The position numbers were made by a program, and so were the translations under genes. Positions 1 to 8,675 of a stretch of 64,000 bases of DNA are shown here, piece by piece. The notes beneath the pieces were generated by a model. The model ran no database searches and was not told where the DNA came from. It was given only the letters and a program-made list of their open reading frames with translations. The first letter of the stretch is position 1; every line of letters begins with the position of its first letter. Source of the stretch: a virus (lineage: Duplodnaviria > Caudoviricetes); the IMG/VR virus record IMGVR_UViG_3300047321_000298, positions 64,001-128,000 of that record. One strand, written 5' to 3'.

Positions 1-123
1 TCGCCCCGTTACCCATTTCTTTTCAGGAAGCTTGAGTAGGTTGACCAGGTCAGTTACCTTGACCTTTTCTGAGCGCGAGTTTGTCTTAGCGTCGTCAAAA
101 GAGACGCTTCGTTGTTTAGCCAT
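1..123 (-). CDS. hypothetical protein, 5' part only (runs off window start)
   Basis: ATG at 123 with AAGGA-type RBS; open frame MLNNEASLLTTLRQ... to position 1; AGTAAATA motif upstream at 158-165. Confidence 0.55.
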   Translation of the reverse strand, partial: MAKQRSVSFDDAKTNSRSEKVKVTDLVNLLKLPEKKWVTGR

Positions 124-160
124 CTGGAAAGTCCTTTGAGGGGAGGGTTACACTATTTAT

Positions 161-526
161 TTACTGCGGAGCAACCGGTTTCATGTGCTCAACACAACTC
201 GTTAAATCTCGCAACATGTCCAATAAAATCCGCCGTTGTTCAGCAGCGTCCTGCGTTTGAAGCACAGCGTTGAGAGAGACAACCGTTGCTTGAAGCACTG
301 CCTGCTGCTGAACGGAGCGCTCATATGCCTTAAGCTTGATTTGCTCAGTGATCAGCGAAACGACGGCGGCCATTTGCTGGTCGTTCAGTTTGTCCATGAG
401 CAGGCGACCCGCTAGCTCTTCAGCTTGCTTCGCCCGCATCGCATAGTTGGAGACGAGGCTCTTCATCGCGGCTAGCGACAGTTCAAGTGAGGCTTCGCGG
501 CTGTTGTTGCGTGACTGGAATGTCAT
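161..526 (-). CDS. hypothetical helical protein
   Basis: 121 aa ORF, ATGA-coupled to the upstream sigma-like gene. Confidence 0.7.
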   Translation of the reverse strand: MTFQSRNNSREASLELSLAAMKSLVSNYAMRAKQAEELAGRLLMDKLNDQQMAAVVSLITEQIKLKAYERSVQQQAVLQATVVSLNAVLQTQDAAEQRRILLDMLRDLTSCVEHMKPVAPQ

Positions 527-1497
527 GCATCCTCCAGAACAAACATTCGGAGTATTTCGCGATGCTCAGGACTGACGGTCTCAGGTATGCCCATGGACGC
601 GCGGAGTATCCCCAGAGGGTCGAGCGGCTTCGTGATGTGCGCAACGTGCTCGATCAACTCTGAGGAAGTGTCTTGCTCGCAGTAGCCGATTACGTCTGAG
701 ACGGAATCTCCAAGCTCTTCAACCAGAGACTCATACGACTGATCGTTCTGTGTCTTGGCTAACTCAGCTACTTCGGATCGGCCGCTCTTAAACCAGTTCT
801 GAATGAACGTCGTGAGAACACCCTGACGCGCGTCGCACCGGTCAATCGCCCGCGATGTCACCATGAGATAAATCTGCACAATGTCATCGAGCTTGATGTA
901 GTGGTTGTAGTCCTTGTACGTGGCTTGGGCGGAGTTCAGCGCTAACCGGTAATACTTCTCGGTGATCATCTCCTTCCACTTTTGCGCCTTCTCGTACCAG
1001 TACTTGACCTGGAGAATGCAGTTGTAGAGTGAGCCGCCCGTGCGCAGACCAACGGCGCGTTCCATCTGCCACATTTTCGATTTGCGGATCGTCGTGTCCA
1101 TCTCGATAAACGGCGAATGCAGCTTCTCGTAGCCTGCCAGGCAGCGGAGGAAGACCAGGATCAATCCGAATGACAGACCACGGTTCAGGAACATCTTCTT
1201 CGCGTGCTCGCGCGCCTTAACCGTGTCCTGCGTTGTCACCAGATTGAAGAGATGGATGGGTAGCTTGGCGCGGTCGTCGCTGGAAAACTTGGTGCTCGAT
1301 TTCAGCGTCTGGTTGGAGACAACCTTAGCGATGTAGTTATTGAAGAACGCTGGACACTCATCGTGTATCGGGGATAGGGCGTTCCATAGGAACATGTCCA
1401 GCGTCTGCAAATATTCCAAGCTGAGAAGATTCTTTTCGATCTTCTCCCGTATGTTCTTCAGCTTGGAAAATGATTCTGAATGTTCATAGTCCTTCAT
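523..1497 (-). CDS. phage sigma70 region-2-like transcription factor
   Basis: YYRLALNSAQATY..IKLDDIVQIYLMVTSRAIDRCDARQG-VLTTFIQNWFKS aligns by eye to sigma70 region 2 ([45 protein letters not shown]). Confidence 0.7.
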   Translation of the reverse strand: MKDYEHSESFSKLKNIREKIEKNLLSLEYLQTLDMFLWNALSPIHDECPAFFNNYIAKVVSNQTLKSSTKFSSDDRAKLPIHLFNLVTTQDTVKAREHAKKMFLNRGLSFGLILVFLRCLAGYEKLHSPFIEMDTTIRKSKMWQMERAVGLRTGGSLYNCILQVKYWYEKAQKWKEMITEKYYRLALNSAQATYKDYNHYIKLDDIVQIYLMVTSRAIDRCDARQGVLTTFIQNWFKSGRSEVAELAKTQNDQSYESLVEELGDSVSDVIGYCEQDTSSELIEHVAHITKPLDPLGILRASMGIPETVSPEHREILRMFVLEDA

Positions 1498-2324
1498 TTT
1501 CTACCTTTCGATGCCGGACCACGGTTCGCGCGTCCCGGTGCGGCCTTCGAGCTTGGCGCTCGCATTGCTGCCGGTGGCGGTTTCACGGCTACGGGCTTCG
1601 GTGCTGTTCTGGGGGCAGTCATCATCGCAGGGGGTGCTGAGCGCGGAGGCTGCGACTTAACGGCTGGTGATTTCTTCGCTGGCGGGTTCTGCATTGACTT
1701 CGGAAGCGTGGATTGTTTCTTGCCCGGTTTCACTGAACGCTGAACATTCTTCGGCGTGTTGATCTTCACGGGCTTGATCAGTTGCTCCTTGCGTTTGCGT
1801 TCTTCCTCTTCCTTCCGGCGCTTCAACTCGGAAGGCGGAACCTGAATCTCAGGCACACCGATAGGCGACTGGCCTTTCTTGGGGGGCTTCGGTCTTGGCA
1901 ACTGATCTTTGATCTTGTTGTACAGAGCAACAAGGTGCTTGCACTGAGCGGGCCGCATTTGCGGGTTGCGGATCACTGGGAGTTCGCCGTTCGAATATTC
2001 GATGTCGGCCGCCTGCTTGTGATTCAACGCGACTTCCCAACGGTATTTGAAGTCAGCACACGAGCACGAAACAATCACGTGTAGATACGTGTCGAGAAAG
2101 ATGATGACGGTCACGTACCGGTTTGGCTTTCCGTTCTTGCCTGTCTTGTTCTTTACGAACTTCTGCTTGTAGTGATCCCAGACCTTTGTTGAGTAGGATG
2201 CTGAGGCAACATAGCCACGTCCCAGCGAATCCCATCCCTTTTTCTGGTGCACGATCTTTACGTACTTTGCAGACTCGTGGCGACGTTTGTTAACTCTTTT
2301 GACAATCTGGGGCAGCGTTAGCAT
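1494..2324 (-). CDS. SWIM zinc-finger protein with Pro/Lys-rich tail
   Basis: VSCSCADF...PAQCKHLVAL fits the CxC-x(n)-CxH SWIM pattern; low-complexity P/K/A C-terminus. Confidence 0.7.
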   Translation of the reverse strand: MLTLPQIVKRVNKRRHESAKYVKIVHQKKGWDSLGRGYVASASYSTKVWDHYKQKFVKNKTGKNGKPNRYVTVIIFLDTYLHVIVSCSCADFKYRWEVALNHKQAADIEYSNGELPVIRNPQMRPAQCKHLVALYNKIKDQLPRPKPPKKGQSPIGVPEIQVPPSELKRRKEEEERKRKEQLIKPVKINTPKNVQRSVKPGKKQSTLPKSMQNPPAKKSPAVKSQPPRSAPPAMMTAPRTAPKPVAVKPPPAAMRAPSSKAAPGRANRGPASKGRK

Positions 2325-2379
2325 AGTTACCTCTAATGCCTTATGTAGAACATCAAATTACGCTGCCCCGTGCTTCGCT

Positions 2380-3441
2380 CTATGCTTCGTACAAGAAGGT
2401 TGTGCCTCCGACAAGTTTGCGATTCGCAGACGTTGACTGAACAAAAACCGTGTACTTGCTTGTATCAAAACCTGCATCCCGTGGATTCAGATTAATAGAT
2501 GCACCATGGGGCAGACCCAACACCTCACGGGCAGCCGCACCCTCGAACAGGTCACCGGTCTCGCGGTCGAGAATCAGGACTTCCTTCGATGCCTGAATCG
2601 TTTCGCGCTTGGTGAATTCGTAGAAGCCACGACCGATCTTGAAAACAAGGCCGTTATCGAGCACGAACTCCTTGATAGCTCGGTCTGTCGTGACTGGAAT
2701 GCGTTGGAATCGCGATGGGTCTGTAGCACGGGCATCGACCGAAGCGAACGTGCCGGTTGCCGGATCACGCTTCATCACCTTGTCGAAGATCGCGGACAGC
2801 GAACGGGTCATGCGCTTTTCGGCTACGACTTCGGCCTCGTACGTCTGTACCGCTTCCGGACTCACCTGGCTGTAGGCAAGCGCAACCAGCATTTCGGTCG
2901 CTTCGCTAAACTGCGAGAGACGCAGGTGGGCACCACCAGTTGTCGCTGCAATCGTCTGGTAGAAAGATTCGGCGTACCGGTTGTTGAGAGCCTGCACGCC
3001 GTGGATCACGACACCCAGATCGAGCAGCGCTTTCGCTTCGGCTCTCCAGTCGATATGTCCAGGGTTATGCGCAAGCATGTGCGGCACATCGTCCCCGATC
3101 ATGATCAACAGACGACGCGAGTCGGGCGTCCACTGCATTTTCGTGCGGGCCTCTTGAAGCACCAGTTCGTAGCATTCGGGCGCGTCACCGCCGTGCGTAG
3201 CTTCGACGTTCTTGACGAAATATGAAACGGCGTTCGGATCGTTCGTCAGTTGCAGGTGCTTCGTCACGTAGGTCCGACCCGCGTCGCAGTAGTCACCGTG
3301 CGCGATGATGCCAACGCGCAGACTTGGAACTTCCTTGAACAGCCGGGTAGCAGTCGCGTCCACACGACGGCGCACCTCAGACAGGCACGGATACATCGAA
3401 CCCGTTGTATCGAAGCTCAGAACAATGTCAATCGGTTGCAT
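2380..3441 (-). CDS. von Willebrand factor A (vWA) domain protein with C-terminal extra domain
   Basis: MIDAS-like DTTGSM, GGDAPECYE, IMIGDDVPH. Confidence 0.85.
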   Translation of the reverse strand: MQPIDIVLSFDTTGSMYPCLSEVRRRVDATATRLFKEVPSLRVGIIAHGDYCDAGRTYVTKHLQLTNDPNAVSYFVKNVEATHGGDAPECYELVLQEARTKMQWTPDSRRLLIMIGDDVPHMLAHNPGHIDWRAEAKALLDLGVVIHGVQALNNRYAESFYQTIAATTGGAHLRLSQFSEATEMLVALAYSQVSPEAVQTYEAEVVAEKRMTRSLSAIFDKVMKRDPATGTFASVDARATDPSRFQRIPVTTDRAIKEFVLDNGLVFKIGRGFYEFTKRETIQASKEVLILDRETGDLFEGAAAREVLGLPHGASINLNPRDAGFDTSKYTVFVQSTSANRKLVGGTTFLYEA

Positions 3442-3466
3442 TTATTCTCCAGGGAAGGGAGTTCGA

Positions 3467-3523
3467 TCAGAACAGGCGGAAGAACACGCCGAACCACAGC
3501 ATGCAAATTGTGTAGAAGCTCAT
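3467..3523 (-). CDS. 18-aa hydrophobic peptide MSFYTICMLWFGVFFRLF
   Basis: TGATG overlap with the stop of the upstream small ORF; fills the gap before the vWA gene. Confidence 0.45.
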   Translation of the reverse strand: MSFYTICMLWFGVFFRLF

Positions 3524-3654
3524 CAGATGACCCTCACATGTTTGTAGATAAACGCGCAGGCCGCGCCTATCTGCTGCCCACACGACCAGATACCGCTGAT
3601 CCCGGACCATAAGATCACGGCGAGGATCAGCCACCGCTGAATATGGCGCTTCAT
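3523..3654 (-). CDS. 43-aa membrane peptide MKRHIQRWLILAVILWSGISGIWSCGQQIGAACAFIYKHVRVI
   Basis: ATGA overlap with the thyX stop; one hydrophobic segment. Confidence 0.55.
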   Translation of the reverse strand: MKRHIQRWLILAVILWSGISGIWSCGQQIGAACAFIYKHVRVI

Positions 3655-4592
3655 TTCGCTGTCCCGTAGAGAGCCACTGTCTTGCCGTACACTTGGCGCA
3701 TCGCCTGGATCGAGCCCAGACGCTCCAAGATGTCGCGGTGCTGGAACCAACCACCTGTGAAGTTGCGGCAGGAGCCGTTTACCTCAGCGCCATAGGCTTG
3801 GTGCTCGGTCGGTGAGGCGTGAAGTGGCTTGGACTCAACGAGCCGCTCATAGAGCGCAATATCTGACTCGCGCGAGGGATTTTTCTTGTCGTGAGTCAGA
3901 TACGAAACGCGTGCGCAGCGTGCGGCCGACATCGCCAAAAGGTCACAGACGGGAACATGCATACGCTCTTCGAGCGAGATGTATGGCAGGTGCCAGTTGC
4001 GTGCGTCGGAGCCGTTTGATGCGTATTTCACGACGCGCGGCTTTGACGCTTCGTAGGCCGTGATCATCGTGTGTGCCAGGTCTTGAATGTCCGGCTGCGC
4101 GTCTTCGTGGTCACGCAGTTCGTACCAGTTCTCCCATTCCGTAGCGGTAGCTACGACAGAGATTCGGGAATACGGCTCCAAATGTCGATTCACGATCTGT
4201 TTGTGGTAACCGGCTTCAGAGAACGCTTCAGCCCAATTGGCAGAGTGCGCGGCTGCACGGTCCCACGCTTCCTCGCGGGTCAGGAGTTCGCCTGTCATCG
4301 GATCGGCCACGAGGTTAGTGCACTCTTCGTGTGCTTGCATGCCCGGTTGGTTCTTCCCCCAGTGCACGGGCTTTGCTGCGTCCGTGCGTACTTCTTCGAG
4401 CAGCTTCGCAGTCGGGATGGCGCGCGACGAGGAAGCATTGCGCGAGAAAACTCGGTGAGTCAAGAACTCGGCATGGACGGCACGCCAGTAGCGTAGCTGG
4501 AACGTGAGCAGTTCCTTGCCGGTGTGTCCGTTAATCGAGTGTTCGATGACGGATACGAGTGCGGCTTTGCCTTGGAAGGTTTGATAGTTCAT
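3651..4592 (-). CDS. thyX: FAD-dependent thymidylate synthase ThyX
   Basis: LTHRVFSRNASSSRAIP (RHRxxSxxxxSxR-like motif), EDAQPDIQDLA, CARVSY, HASPTEH. Confidence 0.92.
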   Translation of the reverse strand: MNYQTFQGKAALVSVIEHSINGHTGKELLTFQLRYWRAVHAEFLTHRVFSRNASSSRAIPTAKLLEEVRTDAAKPVHWGKNQPGMQAHEECTNLVADPMTGELLTREEAWDRAAAHSANWAEAFSEAGYHKQIVNRHLEPYSRISVVATATEWENWYELRDHEDAQPDIQDLAHTMITAYEASKPRVVKYASNGSDARNWHLPYISLEERMHVPVCDLLAMSAARCARVSYLTHDKKNPSRESDIALYERLVESKPLHASPTEHQAYGAEVNGSCRNFTGGWFQHRDILERLGSIQAMRQVYGKTVALYGTAK

Positions 4593-5935
4593 TTCTTCTC
4601 TTTGTTGAACAAGTTTTGAGTTTTGGGTTCAGCCGTTTTTCGAGCGTGCTTGATCCGGGCCCGTGAAATCTCGACGTACTCTGGCGTCATGTCGATACCC
4701 GCGAATTTGAAACCTTCGAGCATGCAGGCTTTGCCCGTCGAACCTGAGCCCATGAAGGGGTCAAGCACAATTCCGTTGGGTGGAGTTACGAGTCGGACCA
4801 GATATCGCATCAAGTCTGTAGGCTTGACTGTGGGGTGAATATTGGCTCTTGGAAGATTCGGATTTTTAGCCGCATCTTTTGACCACCCACCGCCCCCGCC
4901 GTCCTTACTAGCTATGTGTGCCTTGGACTTCTTTTCAAAACTTTCCAGTCCGTCGTCACGATCTTTCTTTGATGCCTTGGCGCAGTAGAAGAAACGAGCG
5001 GCTGACCCCTTGTCGAGATATTGATTCGCACTATTGTCGTGTGGGTTCTTAAACTCCCCGTAACTCACGACATTATTTTTCAGGCCGCCCTTCTGGCGAC
5101 CGCCACCTCCCGAGGACCTCGCATCGGGGAATGCGGCTAGTACCTCATCCGAACCATCGTGGGTCACGTTCGCAGGCCAGCGGCCTAGGTCGCTTCCGTT
5201 AAAGCCCTCTTTCGGCGTCCACCCATCGTCGTTCATTCGCCCTAGTGAGCCAGGTGGGCGCTTTACGCGAGTTGATTCCGTTCCGACACGGCAACCATCA
5301 ATGTTGATAGCGCCTGTTCTGTGAGCCAGCACATTGTTAGCTACTGTTCCCTTGAAAGGTTTACGCGCAACACAGATGGGCTCGTGTGCCGGTTTAAGTG
5401 CAGTGCCCCAGCCATCCCACTCTTTTGCCGCGTCTGTTGCAGGTGCGGTAATAGCAGATAGATCAATGGTTTTTGTTTGTTCACCCGCGTGTAGCCTTCC
5501 ACCGCGCACATCTTGTTTGGGAGTTGCTTTTCTGCCAGCAGTATGATGGCCAATCACTTGGCGTTCTGCGCCTGCTGCCTTATCCAGAGCCTTTCCAACA
5601 TTTTGGGATTTTGGAAATCCCGAACCGTATAACCACATAATCTGGTCACGAATTTCGAAGCCCGCATCTTCGATTGCGCACACCATCCGATGGTAGGTAC
5701 GCGATCCGCTGAACGCTAGAAGATGTCCACCCGGTTTCAGAACTCGCAGTGCTTCTTTCCACAGATCGACGTTGTTGGCTATTCCCGATTTGTCCCAACC
5801 TTTTCCCATGAATCCGAGTTCGTACGGCGGATCACAAACTATCGAATGCACGGAGTTAGAGGGTATGGTTTTTAGAACTTGTTCGGACTTCCCCAGGAAC
5901 AACTGATATCTTGAACACTTATACTTTGGTTTCAT
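4589..5935 (-). CDS. orphan N6-adenine/N4-cytosine DNA methyltransferase (beta class)
   Basis: CDPPY catalytic motif N-terminal, HPTVKP and DPFMGSGSTG SAM-binding motif C-terminal; start moved to MKPKYK (5935). Confidence 0.9.
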   Translation of the reverse strand: MKPKYKCSRYQLFLGKSEQVLKTIPSNSVHSIVCDPPYELGFMGKGWDKSGIANNVDLWKEALRVLKPGGHLLAFSGSRTYHRMVCAIEDAGFEIRDQIMWLYGSGFPKSQNVGKALDKAAGAERQVIGHHTAGRKATPKQDVRGGRLHAGEQTKTIDLSAITAPATDAAKEWDGWGTALKPAHEPICVARKPFKGTVANNVLAHRTGAINIDGCRVGTESTRVKRPPGSLGRMNDDGWTPKEGFNGSDLGRWPANVTHDGSDEVLAAFPDARSSGGGGRQKGGLKNNVVSYGEFKNPHDNSANQYLDKGSAARFFYCAKASKKDRDDGLESFEKKSKAHIASKDGGGGGWSKDAAKNPNLPRANIHPTVKPTDLMRYLVRLVTPPNGIVLDPFMGSGSTGKACMLEGFKFAGIDMTPEYVEISRARIKHARKTAEPKTQNLFNKEKK

Positions 5936-6293
5936 ATTCGAACGGCTGAAGTAGGTCTGGTTGGACCACGATGAACTGCGCACGCGACGAGTCAGAGCCC
6001 GGGTTCTCATTCACCCACTGCATGTTTCTGTCCAGTGCCATATCCGTGAAGATCAGGCGACCGCGAACCTCCAGGATCAGGCCAACCTTCTTGAACTGAG
6101 CGGGAAGGACAATCGCGTCCTTTTGGAACGTCTCGAAGTCATCGCTCAAAAGCTGTGCTGTGTTCGAGTCCACAACGACGTGCTGCACGTCCGGCATCAG
6201 AATTCGAGCAATGAAATCCCCGGTCGTCGTGAATTCGAGGCGCTTCACATCAGCCGGGAAATGTTTTGAGCGGTAGTGCTGCCGTTGACCCAT
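5919..6293 (-). CDS. hypothetical protein
   Basis: 124 aa ORF in the co-oriented run. Confidence 0.6.
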   Translation of the reverse strand: MGQRQHYRSKHFPADVKRLEFTTTGDFIARILMPDVQHVVVDSNTAQLLSDDFETFQKDAIVLPAQFKKVGLILEVRGRLIFTDMALDRNMQWVNENPGSDSSRAQFIVVQPDLLQPFEYETKV

Positions 6294-6639
6294 AGGGAAC
6301 CTGTTGTGGATGTTTGATAACGCAGTCCATGAACTTCTGACGGAACGACTCAGGGATATCCGGATGCTGGATAACGAACTGCAGAAGTAGGTTCTTCACC
6401 TGGAGTGCAATGGCTCTTGGATCAGAGCCGTCCCAGACAAACGCATCAGTGAACTTGAGGTGGTGACCTCTGCGCGTTGACTCGAAGGCGAACTTGCAGG
6501 AGGCTTGAGGTCGTCCAACTGTTCCGTGGATGTTGAGGAAAGCGCGACCCGAATTCATGTTCATTGAGTAACTGAAAGACGTTACGTCAACGGTCATCGC
6601 ACCCTGCTTCTCATCTTTGAACGTAAATTTTGTTCCCAT
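6250..6639 (-). CDS. hypothetical protein
   Basis: 129 aa ORF in the co-oriented run. Confidence 0.6.
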   Translation of the reverse strand: MGTKFTFKDEKQGAMTVDVTSFSYSMNMNSGRAFLNIHGTVGRPQASCKFAFESTRRGHHLKFTDAFVWDGSDPRAIALQVKNLLLQFVIQHPDIPESFRQKFMDCVIKHPQQVPYGSTAALPLKTFPG

Positions 6640-6851
6640 TGTTTGTAGTATTTCCGTTCGATTCGTTTTTGTATGTGAGCACCTCGATTGTCGTCAGGTG
6701 GATCAAACAATGGTTGGCACTGCTCAGCCTCAAAGACTTTCGCTTGTTCGACAAGAATTTTTGCGATGTTCTCTGACAAAGGGGTGGGCCCAACAACGAG
6801 GATTGGCGTTCGATCACGTTGTGGTGAATCTTTCGGCTTCTGGTCCATCAC
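6594..6851 (-). CDS. hypothetical protein
   Basis: 85 aa ORF bridging neighbours. Confidence 0.45.
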   Translation of the reverse strand: MMDQKPKDSPQRDRTPILVVGPTPLSENIAKILVEQAKVFEAEQCQPLFDPPDDNRGAHIQKRIERKYYKQWEQNLRSKMRSRVR

Positions 6852-7137
6852 TATCTCCGTTCGTCCACTGGCTAAGCCACTCCCGCTCCTGCTCTACCCA
6901 CCAGTCAGGCGGTCGCACATCTATGTTCAAAAATCCAGTTTGTAGGGACTCAGGCGGGTTATTCGATTCGTCGCAGACCACGATGTATTGAAGCGGTTCG
7001 ATTGAACCCTCGTTCTTCCACTTCTCCAGCAACTGATGCGCACGGTTGGTGATTTCACGCAGCAGCATTGGACTGATGGGTTCAGAGAGGAATTCATCAA
7101 CTAGCAAGTCGCGCAGATACTGAGCGTTGACTGACAT
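6814..7137 (-). CDS. stand-alone tail-sheath C-terminal-domain-like protein
   Basis: LLEKWKNEGSIEPLQYIVVCDESNNPPESLQTGFLNIDVRP resembles the sheath C-terminal motif (f.V.cDetNNtp..id.g.l.vdi.i.P). Confidence 0.55.
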   Translation of the reverse strand: MSVNAQYLRDLLVDEFLSEPISPMLLREITNRAHQLLEKWKNEGSIEPLQYIVVCDESNNPPESLQTGFLNIDVRPPDWWVEQEREWLSQWTNGDSDGPEAERFTTT

Positions 7138-7383
7138 CTAGCGCCTCCCAGTCCGAGCACGTGCTCGCTTCTTGTCTCGATGGAGGGCTTTACGAAGCGC
7201 TCGATTTTTACGTCGAGCTTCTTCGGGGCGCTCCCAGCTATTGCCGTGGTACACGATCCATCCAGAAGCGCCATCCGGTGGTGCGGGAAGTGTTAGCGTA
7301 AGAGTGTTCGACTCCGAGTCTGTGCAATCGGGAAGCTCTCTCCAACCGTTGCCGAAGGCCACATGCGTTGTCCTGAATTCCAC
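7138..7383 (-). CDS. small protein ending KKRARARTGRR
   Basis: GTG start with GGGAG RBS, 81 aa. Confidence 0.65.
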   Translation of the reverse strand: MEFRTTHVAFGNGWRELPDCTDSESNTLTLTLPAPPDGASGWIVYHGNSWERPEEARRKNRALRKALHRDKKRARARTGRR

Positions 7384-7598
7384 TAGCGTCTCCCAGTGCG
7401 TGCACGCGCCTGCTTCTTACGGAGGTTCGCGCGCAACCTGCTGCTGCGAATAACCTGACGCCATATTTCACCAAACTGCACGTCCTGAACTTGCGTAACC
7501 TGCGCTGCAGCGGATTCCCATGACGGGCCGTCGTCAAGCGTGAAGATCGGGAGGTTCACCCCGCGAAGAGCGGGCTGGCGTTCTTCACTTACTTTCAT
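7383..7598 (-). CDS. small protein ending KKQARARTGRR
   Basis: ATG with GAGG RBS, 71 aa. Confidence 0.65.
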   Translation of the reverse strand: MKVSEERQPALRGVNLPIFTLDDGPSWESAAAQVTQVQDVQFGEIWRQVIRSSRLRANLRKKQARARTGRR

Positions 7599-8607
7599 TT
7601 TGTGTCCTCACGTGAGACAGCGATTTCTCCACGAGAGAGACGACAGACTTCGGAAGCTTCACGCCGGTTAGGTGCAGAGATACGGACTCAGCAAATAGCT
7701 CAGCGACGCTCTTTGTGGCGTACTCGGTGACCAGCGGCTTCAGGTCGTTCATCGAGACGCCTGACACGGGCCACACCTCGCGAATGTCGTCTTTGAACCC
7801 GGCTTCGAACAGAACGTCCAGTTCCTTGATCGAGAGCTTGTGCTGCTGCTTGATGTGCTTCAGTATCCACTTCAGGGCCAGTGAATTTTCTTCGTCCAGT
7901 TGACCCTTGAAATCAGAGGGGAGGTCCTCTTGAGACAGAAACTGGTCCAGCAACTCAGTGCACACCTTCTTGTCGATGTCTTCGACCAGGATCGTTGAGT
8001 TGTACAGTTGGACCCACTGACCACGCAGCGACTTCGAGTGCAGAAACTCGCGGTCCATGTGGTGTGCGTGCTCGTGCAGGATGACCCACAGATAGTCTTT
8101 CGGCTCAACCATTTCCGGCCGGAAGATGAAGCGGTGCGGATTCTTTTCGGGATCGCGCGAACGCTTGTACATACCGCAATACTTCTCGCCGTTGTAGCGC
8201 TGGATTTCCCAGATGCTTGATTCCGGCTGAATCGTAAAGTCCAGACGTTGTTGCTTGAGAACGCGTGCGGCTTTATCGAAGGACTTGAAGATGCGTTCAG
8301 CAACTTCCTGTTCTGGTTTATAGAACCAGTAAAGGGTGCCAAACTGATCATGCGTCTTGCGACCCTTGTACAGCGTCGTCAGATCGCAGTCGTACGCTTT
8401 GCCCGGTCGTGGGCTGCGCCCAAGATTTATGATGATGTCTTTGGTCGGAACCTCAACGGTTTTACGCAGGGCGCGCACATGAGAATCCTTTTCGAGGGCC
8501 CCCACGACAATCCCTTGATCAACACCGGACACCTTGAAAAGAAAATTCTTGCCGCTATCGCCAGTACTGGCAATGACGTAGTCACCACTTTCGAATTTGG
8601 ACATCAC
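7585..8607 (-). CDS. zinc metallopeptidase-like protein (HExxH)
   Basis: ILHEHAHHMD plus distal EYATKSVAELFAE, the pattern seen in anthrax-LF-like zincins. Confidence 0.6.
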   Translation of the reverse strand: MMSKFESGDYVIASTGDSGKNFLFKVSGVDQGIVVGALEKDSHVRALRKTVEVPTKDIIINLGRSPRPGKAYDCDLTTLYKGRKTHDQFGTLYWFYKPEQEVAERIFKSFDKAARVLKQQRLDFTIQPESSIWEIQRYNGEKYCGMYKRSRDPEKNPHRFIFRPEMVEPKDYLWVILHEHAHHMDREFLHSKSLRGQWVQLYNSTILVEDIDKKVCTELLDQFLSQEDLPSDFKGQLDEENSLALKWILKHIKQQHKLSIKELDVLFEAGFKDDIREVWPVSGVSMNDLKPLVTEYATKSVAELFAESVSLHLTGVKLPKSVVSLVEKSLSHVRTQNESK

Positions 8608-8619
8608 ACAGACCTATAG

Positions 8620-8653
8620 AAAAAGGCCCGAACCTTGTTTCAGGATCGGGCCT
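8620..8653 (-). terminator. intrinsic terminator
   Basis: AGGCCCGA...TCGGGCCT stem followed by a T run on the minus strand. Confidence 0.75.
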
Positions 8654-8675
8654 CGTACACGGAGCAGACGGGCAC

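Noticed and set aside
2506-3225. Long plus-strand ORFs opposite vWA, polymerase, RyR and similar genes in the ORF track
   Set aside because: Antisense shadows typical of GC-rich coding DNA; no RBS or motifs, and they overlap well-supported genes.
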